Shown: piece after piece, positions 36,104 to 43,594 of the stretch
Numbering within the stretch: the stretch's first letter is position 1
Layout: each line of letters opens with the position of its first letter
Assembly (NCBI GenBank): GCA_964524225.1
Contig: CAZGEW010000002.1
Span: 1-45,433, forward strand
Source of the DNA: an uncultured Methanosarcinales archaeon
Lineage (GTDB): Archaea > Nanobdellota > Nanobdellia > Woesearchaeales > GW2011-AR4
Direction of reading: 5' to 3'
DNA: 45,433 nucleotides
Translations under genes and position numbers: made by a program
The notes under the pieces: generated by a model
Databases searched by the model: none
What the model was told of the DNA's origin: nothing
What the model saw: only the letters and a program-made list of their open reading frames with translations

Positions 36104-36122
36104 ATATATAAATATCACGTGA
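36104..36122 (-). promoter_or_regulatory. TATA box (TTTATATATA) plus adjacent 8-nt palindrome TCACGTGA upstream of the RHH gene
   Basis: The TATA element lies about 19-28 nt upstream of the ATG at 36085, which fits a leaderless archaeal mRNA. The palindrome sits at the BRE-proximal side and is a possible operator. Confidence 0.4.
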
Positions 36123-36206
36123 GCATGTCCAGTGCTTATTTACTATATTGAAAAGAATTATTATACTTAGTTCTATAAAATTATTATTCAATTCTTAACA
36201 ATCACA

Positions 36207-37367
36207 TCATTTATTAATTATTATTTCTTCTTCAATAAAATCTTTCGTTTCCTCTTTTATTTTTCTGTCAACTTCGAGAACTTCTTTTAAGGTAGGTTTA
36301 CTTATTAATTTATGCTCATCCATCATTTTTCTTATCAATTTTTGTATATCTAAAAATTTTATCTTATTTTCTAAGAATGCATGTACAGCAACTTCATTTA
36401 CAGCATTCATTACTGCTGGTAGCGTCCCTCCAACAGTTCCAGCCTCATAGGCATATTTTAAGCATGGGAACCTCTCAAAATCTGGCTCATTAAAATTAAG
36501 ATTTTTTATTTTTGTTAAATCAAGCTGTGGATTATTGCTTTGTAATCTTTTTGGATAAGTTAGTGCATATTGTATTGGGATTTTCATATCCGGCAATCCA
36601 AGTTGAGCTATTACAGATTTATCAACAAATTCTACCAAGGAATGAACAATACTTTGCGGATGAATAACAATTTTTATTTTATCATACGGAATTCCGAAAA
36701 GCCAATGTGCTTCTATGACCTCAAGTCCTTTATTCATCAAAGTTGCACTATCAATTGTGATTTTATTACCCATGTTCCAAGTGGGATGTTTTAACGCATC
36801 TTGAATAGTTACATTTTCTAATTGCTGTTTTGTATAATTTCTGAATGGACCACCTGAGCATGTTATTGTTATTTTATTAACTTCTTTGACATTTTCTCCA
36901 TTTAGGCATTGAAAAATAGCACTGTGTTCTGAATCAATAGGCATCAAAGCAATATTATTTTTTTTGACTTCTTCCATAATTATAGAACCTGCTGCAACTA
37001 ATGTTTCTTTATTTGCAAGTGCAATATTTTTCTTGCTCCTTATTGTATTATACGTTGGCTCAATACCAACAGAGCCAACTAAGGCATTGACAATTGTGTC
37101 AGCTTCATTTAATGTTGCAATTTTATTTAAACCCTCTACGCCAAAGTAGACTTGGCAAGGACTGAAGTTTAACAAATCATCGACTTTGCTTTTATCCATT
37201 ATTGCAACTGCTTTTGGTTTGAATTCTTTAATCTGCTTTAATAACAATTCAGAATTTTTATTTGCTGTTAATCCAACAATTTTGAATTCATTAGGATATT
37301 GTCTAATTATATCTAAAGTTTGAGTGCCAATGCTTCCTGTTGAGCCTAAGATAGAAAGGTATTTCAT
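36207..37367 (-). CDS. dxr: 1-deoxy-D-xylulose 5-phosphate reductoisomerase
   Basis: LSILGSTGSIGTQTLDII NADPH motif, and PIDSEHSAIFQC...GGPF...HPTWNMG. Confidence 0.9.
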   Translation of the reverse strand: MKYLSILGSTGSIGTQTLDIIRQYPNEFKIVGLTANKNSELLLKQIKEFKPKAVAIMDKSKVDDLLNFSPCQVYFGVEGLNKIATLNEADTIVNALVGSVGIEPTYNTIRSKKNIALANKETLVAAGSIIMEEVKKNNIALMPIDSEHSAIFQCLNGENVKEVNKITITCSGGPFRNYTKQQLENVTIQDALKHPTWNMGNKITIDSATLMNKGLEVIEAHWLFGIPYDKIKIVIHPQSIVHSLVEFVDKSVIAQLGLPDMKIPIQYALTYPKRLQSNNPQLDLTKIKNLNFNEPDFERFPCLKYAYEAGTVGGTLPAVMNAVNEVAVHAFLENKIKFLDIQKLIRKMMDEHKLISKPTLKEVLEVDRKIKEETKDFIEEEIIINK

Positions 37368-37549
37368 TTTTTAAATTTTAATAGTAAGCTTATTTTGTTT
37401 ATAAATTCTAATGCAAATATTATAGAAGATTTTGCATCCTCATTAGTAACAGGTTTTGCTTTTTCTAAAAGAGCTTTGGCTTCTTCGAAATCTGGTGTTT
37501 TTTTCTTTACATATCCGTTGTCCAGATAATTTTTAAATAAGTTTATCAT
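37364..37549 (-). pseudogene. truncated HEPN-like remnant (61 aa, no R-x4-6-H motif)
   Basis: Resembles only the N-terminal helix region of the intact HEPN at 508-993. The start overlaps the MNT stop by 1 nt. The stop overlaps the dxr ATG (ATGA). Confidence 0.4.
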
Positions 37550-38121
37550 TATATAATTTTCACGTAGCCATGCAGAACAATGCCATTAGCTATAGCATTT
37601 TTGAATTCATTTGAGCTTTTAGCGAGGGAAGGCAGAATATGAATATTAATCTTCCTATTTAGCTCTTTTTCAAATTCATTTGTAAAATTCCCTAAATTTT
37701 CCTGATTTTTTTGTGGAAATATTACAAGTACATCAATATCACTTTTTTCAATATCTTCGCCTTGGGCAAATGAGCCAAACAGCACAATTGCTTCTGGATT
37801 GTTGAATATTTCCACGAATTTGTCAACAAATAGGTACCTTTTTAATCTATATAGGTTAAATATAAGCTTGTAGAAGCGATAAGCTTCAGATTCAAGATTT
37901 GCTTTAATGTTGGTTGTTAATGGAGTTTCCTCTATTTTGATGACATCATATTTTTTGAGTTCTTTAATGGAGTCAATAATAGCTGTAGTTGAAAAACCTG
38001 TCTCTTTTTCAAGCATCCTTATATGGAATGTTTTATTTGGGTAATTAAATATAAGTTCTGCTACCTTAAATATGCTTTCTCTAAAAAATAATATCTTGTT
38101 CTTGTCTTTTTTTTGTGACAT
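37549..38121 (-). CDS. minimal nucleotidyltransferase (MNT) with N-terminal wHTH-like region
   Basis: IVLFGSFAQGEDIEKSDIDVLVIF. Same architecture as the MNT at 987-1535. Confidence 0.7.
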   Translation of the reverse strand: MSQKKDKNKILFFRESIFKVAELIFNYPNKTFHIRMLEKETGFSTTAIIDSIKELKKYDVIKIEETPLTTNIKANLESEAYRFYKLIFNLYRLKRYLFVDKFVEIFNNPEAIVLFGSFAQGEDIEKSDIDVLVIFPQKNQENLGNFTNEFEKELNRKINIHILPSLAKSSNEFKNAIANGIVLHGYVKII

Positions 38122-38313
38122 TTGTATTATATAAATAACAACTGTTATTTAAATGTTACGGTTTTAAATTGGAAAAATGGCTGACTTGTTTGACACTTTG
38201 GTTATTGAGCCGCTGAATAAAAGTAAGAAAATGGCTGTTATGAGGAGGGTTTAGACTTATTTTTGTGATTTGGTACATCTATACCAATTATGTATTTATT
38301 AATTTACGTATGT

Positions 38314-41300
38314 TTAATAACTTTGTTCTTGATTGCAAATCCAAGAAGATCCGATTTTTAAATCATAAATATCACCCAAATGAGATCTAGAATCCTCTTT
38401 TGTGCATAATAATTTTATTTGAAATTTATTATTCTTATGCTCTACCTTGGCAAATAATTTAAGCGTTGATTTATTAACAACGTCAGACATTTTCCAATAT
38501 ATTCTATATAACCCATCTTCACAAAATTCGTCATTAATCAAGGTATCAGGAGATGAAAGTGTTGTATCAGTACAATCTATTATCCAAGAGCCGTATCTCC
38601 CAAATTCTAAAGTCGTTTGATCATCTTGAAAAATAGAATATGTATTTCCTAATGGTGTTTTTATGAGCAATTCCCCAGATGTGGCTCCTGTCATAAGATG
38701 ACTCTTCGCATTGAATCTATCATTTAAGAATCCTCTTAATACATCATCATATTTTAATATATCTTCATTTTTACAAAAATAAAATGAGCCAGGAGAGTAT
38801 TCAACGCAGTGCCTTGTATCCAAACCTAATTTTAATGGTTCTTCAAAAAAGCTGATATATTTAAGTTTTTTTCCTGTTGTTTCTGGGATATACTTTGCTT
38901 TTCCATCAAAATAATTTGTCCAAATATAGGAGTTATCTGCTAATTCTGAATCAAAAATCTTAAGGTGATAGTGATAATAACATTCGTCACAATTATCTAA
39001 GTAAAAAAATTTCCCATTTCTTGGAGTATGTATCAATTCTGGATTTGCATCAGACCAATAATTTAATGGTGTATAAGAATTAATACCGAAGTACAGATTT
39101 TGATTAAAATAAGGAATTAGATTATCTGTAATTTTTATATATTGAGTTTTTAAATCTTCCTGACTAATATTTTTAATAAAATCTGTAAATGGATAATTAA
39201 TTGTTAGAGGAGTAACCATATAATTTTGAGTTGTATAATAATCTGAACCTATATCTCTCGCATGTGGAGAGAAATAGATCATATAATCGTTAAAGAATAA
39301 ATTATCTTCATTGTTTGAATATATACCAAAATCAACATACTTAAATGGACCAGTCCATGGATGAAAATAATATAATAAATTAGAATAGTAATCTTCTTTT
39401 TGAAGTATTTCGGTCATAAATCCGTAGACTTCAAGATTTTTTGAACTTGCTACATCAACTATATTTTGTTCAATATGTTGTGCTTTAGTTTCATCAAAAA
39501 TAATAAAGTTCATAGTATCGGTATCTATATGATCAATGAAATAATTAACATTTAACCGGTCATATGTCGGATAATATGCATTTTCAATTGATAACCCTAC
39601 TATATCAAACTTATTTTCCAATAAATATATAGTATAATTAAAATTATACTTATCTCCATACTCAAAAAATGAATACCTTGTAACTTCCCCATCTTCATTA
39701 ATAATCGTAAAATAATTATCATGATACCAATAACCTCGATTGCCTATTGGTCTAGTTCCAATAAAATTTATTTTAAATTCATTTAACTTAGAAAAGCCGA
39801 CAGGCAGATTAATTGATTGGGAATAAGTTTTAAGATCGCCACAATTTTCATAAATATCAATTTTAATATCCCCTGAATAATATCCATTAGACAAGTTATC
39901 CAGATTTAATTCTGATTTAAAGTTATAAGTAGAAATTTCCTTGTTTAAACATAGCTCGTTTTCTATTATTTTAAAAGTAAAAGATTCATCGGCTTCAATA
40001 TTATTAACATTTAAATCGCTCAAAATTACGCTAATGTCTTGTTTTAGATAATCATTGTTAATAATATCAAAAGTAAACTCTCTTGAACTATTTGAATGAT
40101 TAATTATACCTAGATTTAATATATGGGGTTTTATATATGCCTCTAAGGGTTTAATAATTCTTGAAGCGTTAACCCTTCCACCACCTTGTGTGAAGATATC
40201 ATAACCTAAATTAACTGCAGATTGTGTTAGTATTGATTTGATGTCTTCTGGAGCATATCCATAGGAATTAGCATCAATTAACAAAGCCGCAACACCACTA
40301 ATCATAGGTGTAGACATTGACGTTCCCCTTAATGTTAAATGTTCATCATCGAAGCAGTCAGCGTCATATTGAGAATAAGCATCAGCAGAGCAAATTGAAA
40401 CACCAGTTGCAGAAATGTCAGGTTTAATAATATTTTCTTGGTTAAATAATACTGGGCCTTTGCCACTAAAATAAGCTATACTATCTTCTTTATCCGTTGC
40501 ACCTACTGTAAATGCATTTCTCGCACAACCTGGGCAGTCAATATTACCATAGTCTGCACCTGACCAAAAATTTCCTGCTGCTACAACTACAAGACTTCCA
40601 ATATTATTTGCATTATCTACAGCAATAGACAATGGGTCATTTGGAGTTCCTGATCCACCGATACTCATGCTAATTATATCAGCTTTATCAGAAAAATCAC
40701 CATCACCATTAAGGTCTGTTGCTTTTTCAAGTGCTTTAATTATGTCTGAGTCATAGCCATAACCATCAGAATCTAAGATTTTATAAATTTGAAGACTTGC
40801 TCCCGGTGCAACACCTTTTAACTCTCCTTCAGAGGCCACTATACCTGCAACATGAGTTCCATGACCACGATCATCAAATGGGTCATTATCCAAATTTACA
40901 AAATCATAGCCATCTATTATCTTAGGGCAATTATCTAAATTAATACAAGAACCAAAGTCTTTATGTGAGTAGTCTATTCCTGTGTCAAGAATAGCTATCT
41001 TTACACCACTTCCGTTATATCCGTAAGACCATACTTGATTAGCTCCAATTAGTGGAACAGAATCCATTAATGAAGCATATTTAATCTTATCTCTATGAAT
41101 TTTAACATGTGGAAATCTGTCTTTGATTTCCTTTAGTGATCTGGAAGATGGATTTGATATAAAGATTCCATTTATTACATTTTTGACGGAACCCTTGTAA
41201 TGGTCTCCTACTAAACTTCTTATACTATTTTGGATTTTATCTATTTTTTCAATTTCTGACGATCTTTTAAATTGAGGTATGCTAATTAAGCCTTTCCCTA

Positions 41301-41577
41301 ACTCTATGATATACTTATCTTCTATTTTTTCTCTTCCTTTTTTCATTACAAAATTTAATTGATCTACCTCTTTTGAAGAGATTGAAAATTTTGCATGGGT
41401 AAGTTTTATCGATGATTTTTCTAAGATGTTAACTTCTTCCTCGATAGATATATTCTCTTTAAAATCAGGATTGATAAATATATCACCACTTGCTTTGCCA
41501 ACAGGATCATCTATAAGAGAACAACTTACTATAACAAGTACAAGTATAGAAATTAAAAATTGACTAAAATTTTTCAT
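38314..41577 (-). CDS. S8 subtilisin-like serine protease, large secreted/lipid-anchored form
   Basis: Catalytic triad contexts AILDTGIDYSHKDF, HGTHVAGIVAS and GTSMSTPMISGVAALL. N-terminal signal with a lipobox-like IVSC. About 600-aa C-terminal region of unknown fold. Confidence 0.9.
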   Translation of the reverse strand: MKNFSQFLISILVLVIVSCSLIDDPVGKASGDIFINPDFKENISIEEEVNILEKSSIKLTHAKFSISSKEVDQLNFVMKKGREKIEDKYIIELGKGLISIPQFKRSSEIEKIDKIQNSIRSLVGDHYKGSVKNVINGIFISNPSSRSLKEIKDRFPHVKIHRDKIKYASLMDSVPLIGANQVWSYGYNGSGVKIAILDTGIDYSHKDFGSCINLDNCPKIIDGYDFVNLDNDPFDDRGHGTHVAGIVASEGELKGVAPGASLQIYKILDSDGYGYDSDIIKALEKATDLNGDGDFSDKADIISMSIGGSGTPNDPLSIAVDNANNIGSLVVVAAGNFWSGADYGNIDCPGCARNAFTVGATDKEDSIAYFSGKGPVLFNQENIIKPDISATGVSICSADAYSQYDADCFDDEHLTLRGTSMSTPMISGVAALLIDANSYGYAPEDIKSILTQSAVNLGYDIFTQGGGRVNASRIIKPLEAYIKPHILNLGIINHSNSSREFTFDIINNDYLKQDISVILSDLNVNNIEADESFTFKIIENELCLNKEISTYNFKSELNLDNLSNGYYSGDIKIDIYENCGDLKTYSQSINLPVGFSKLNEFKINFIGTRPIGNRGYWYHDNYFTIINEDGEVTRYSFFEYGDKYNFNYTIYLLENKFDIVGLSIENAYYPTYDRLNVNYFIDHIDTDTMNFIIFDETKAQHIEQNIVDVASSKNLEVYGFMTEILQKEDYYSNLLYYFHPWTGPFKYVDFGIYSNNEDNLFFNDYMIYFSPHARDIGSDYYTTQNYMVTPLTINYPFTDFIKNISQEDLKTQYIKITDNLIPYFNQNLYFGINSYTPLNYWSDANPELIHTPRNGKFFYLDNCDECYYHYHLKIFDSELADNSYIWTNYFDGKAKYIPETTGKKLKYISFFEEPLKLGLDTRHCVEYSPGSFYFCKNEDILKYDDVLRGFLNDRFNAKSHLMTGATSGELLIKTPLGNTYSIFQDDQTTLEFGRYGSWIIDCTDTTLSSPDTLINDEFCEDGLYRIYWKMSDVVNKSTLKLFAKVEHKNNKFQIKLLCTKEDSRSHLGDIYDLKIGSSWICNQEQSY

Positions 41578-41578
41578 T

Positions 41579-41959
41579 TTAATTTTGTTTGTAAATGTCT
41601 AGTATTTCTTTTTCTAGTAAAATTAAATCATATTTCTGGGTTTTTACTTTTGTTATTAAATGACTAAATTCTGATAGTTCTATTCCAACAGAATCTAAAC
41701 CCAACAGATTAGCTCCAATAAGCGTTGTTCCAGAACCAAGAAACGGGTCTAAAATCATCTGACCTAGTCTAAAATATTTATTTAGAAACACTTCCACTAA
41801 TTGAGGAATGAACTTGCCTAAATAAGGATGTAGTCTATGTACATGTTTAGTTCTTTGCCATTCTGGAACATCTACAAAAGATAAATCATTCTCAAAAAGT
41901 TTAATATTCTTTTCTTTCCAGCTAGATTCTTCTTTTGGTATTGTCATTAATTGAGTCAT
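41579..41959 (-). pseudogene. truncated DNA methyltransferase (AdoMet-binding N-terminal module only)
   Basis: 126 aa. HRLHPYLGKFIPQLV...ILDPFLGSGTTLIGANLLGLDSVGIEL parallels aa 50-110 of the 906-aa methyltransferase, but there is no DPPY motif. The stop is 1 nt from the protease ATG. Confidence 0.55.
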
Positions 41960-42058
41960 GTGTATTATTTATTTTAAAGACTTTATAATTCTTACTAAAC
42001 CTCGACCGTCCATTAAGGTAATGCGTCCAAGGCTATTGAATATAACATAATTTGATTT

Positions 42059-43114
42059 CTAATTTCCATTCGCCATCTCATTTATCTCCTTCAAAAGAAC
42101 TTCCATAATTTCATTATCATTAATTCTTCTTACAATTTTGCCGTCTTTGTATAACAAATGATTTCCAGGAGCGCCAACAATTCCAATATCTGCTTTTCTG
42201 CTTTCTCCAGGACCGTTTACACCACAACCCATAACAGCTACTTTAATCGGTTTCTTTATTTTTTCAGTTGCATTTTCTAATTGCTCTACCATTTTGATTA
42301 CATCAACCTCTGTTCTTGCACATGTTGGACAGCTTGTTACTTGAACTCCTTCATTTCTTAAGCTAAGCGCCCTTAATATATACTTACCAATTTTAACTTC
42401 CTCTTTTGGGTCATCAGAAAGTGAAACCCTTATTGTGTCACCTATGCCTTCGGCTAGCAACATTCCAATTCCCATTGCTGATTTAACAGTTCCTGGAATC
42501 TTAGAGCCAGCTTCTGTTACGCCAAGATGCAATGGATAATCTGTTTTCTCAGCAAATAATCTATAAGCTTTTACCATTCGAGGCACATCAGATGCTTTTA
42601 ATGAAACTATTATATCGTAAAAATCTTGCTCTTCCAAAATTTTTATATGGCGCATTGCACTTTCGACCATTGCTTCTGGAGCATACCCATACTTTTCAAA
42701 CAAATCCCTTTCAAGAGAACCGAGGTTAACACCAATTCTCATTGGCACTCCGTAGTTCTTGCATACATTAACAACCTGCTGCACCTTATCAGGATTGCCT
42801 ATATTTCCTGGGTTTATTCTTAACTTATCAACGTACTTTACAGCTTCCAAAGCAATCCTGTAGTCAAAATGAATATCTACAACAAGAGGTATGTTAATGT
42901 TTTCTTTGATCTCTTTCATAGCTTTAGCTGCTTCCATTGTAGGAGCAGAAACTCTGACAATATCACAACCAACCTCTTCTAAACCATGAATCTGCTTAAC
43001 AGTTGCTTCTACATCGGTTGTGTCTGTTGTAGTCATCGATTGAGCAGTTATAGGTGCATCTCCACCAATGTACAATTTTCCAACTTTTACTTTGCGAGAT
43101 TTTCTTCTTTGCAT
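42059..43114 (-). CDS. ispG: 4-hydroxy-3-methylbut-2-en-1-yl diphosphate synthase
   Basis: IGGDAPITAQSMTTTDT, RINPGNIG, SCPTCARTEVD and MGCGVNGPGE. Confidence 0.9.
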   Translation of the reverse strand: MQRRKSRKVKVGKLYIGGDAPITAQSMTTTDTTDVEATVKQIHGLEEVGCDIVRVSAPTMEAAKAMKEIKENINIPLVVDIHFDYRIALEAVKYVDKLRINPGNIGNPDKVQQVVNVCKNYGVPMRIGVNLGSLERDLFEKYGYAPEAMVESAMRHIKILEEQDFYDIIVSLKASDVPRMVKAYRLFAEKTDYPLHLGVTEAGSKIPGTVKSAMGIGMLLAEGIGDTIRVSLSDDPKEEVKIGKYILRALSLRNEGVQVTSCPTCARTEVDVIKMVEQLENATEKIKKPIKVAVMGCGVNGPGESRKADIGIVGAPGNHLLYKDGKIVRRINDNEIMEVLLKEINEMANGN

Positions 43115-43190
43115 TTTAAAAAATTGTTAGGTTTTTATACATATCAATTTTCGAAAGATTTAAATTTAGGAATTGCATTGAGATATTAAA

Positions 43191-43496
43191 ATGAAAGTGC
43201 TGTTTATTTGCAATCAAAACGAGAATAGAAGTAAGACAGCTGAAGAAGTATTCAAAGGCAAATTTGAAACTAAGTCTGCTGGACTTTACAATACTAAACC
43301 AGTTACTGAAAAACAACTTTCTTGGGCCGATGTGATAGTTGTTATGGAAGAAGCACAAAGAGCTGAAATAGCTAAACGTTTTCCTAAACACTACATGCAG
43401 AAACGCATCCTTTCCCTCGATATTCCTGATATTTACCATTACAATCAGCTTGAATTAATTAATACTTTAAAGTCTAGAGTCGATAAATTATTTTAG
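43191..43496 (+). CDS. small low-molecular-weight phosphatase-like protein
   Basis: 101 aa. N-terminal CNQNENRS (a C-x5-R-S P-loop) and LDIPD. Shorter than typical LMW-PTP/ArsC. Confidence 0.5.
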   Translation: MKVLFICNQNENRSKTAEEVFKGKFETKSAGLYNTKPVTEKQLSWADVIVVMEEAQRAEIAKRFPKHYMQKRILSLDIPDIYHYNQLELINTLKSRVDKLF

Positions 43497-43594
43497 CCAC
43501 TCATCAAATTGCTTCTTTGCTTTCTTCTTGTATTGTCATTTTAAGTTTTTATTAATATTGAATTTATTTTTAAAAATAAAATATAAAAAAATAA

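Noticed and set aside
38176-38253. 25-codon plus-strand ORF (MADLFDTLVIEPLNKSKKMAVMRRV) in the spacer between the MNT gene and the S8 protease gene.
   Set aside because: It is too short and has no supporting signal or conservation evidence.
43116-43439. 107-aa minus-strand ORF overlapping the small phosphatase gene.
   Set aside because: The plus-strand ORF has a clear C-x5-R-S phosphatase P-loop. The antisense ORF is F/S/L-rich with no motif.
43574-43591. AT-only palindrome TTTATTTTTAAAAATAAA between the convergent phosphatase and dxs genes.
   Set aside because: Pure A/T palindromes of this size are expected in such AT-rich spacers. It lacks the TTCAA-type core of the hairpin family.
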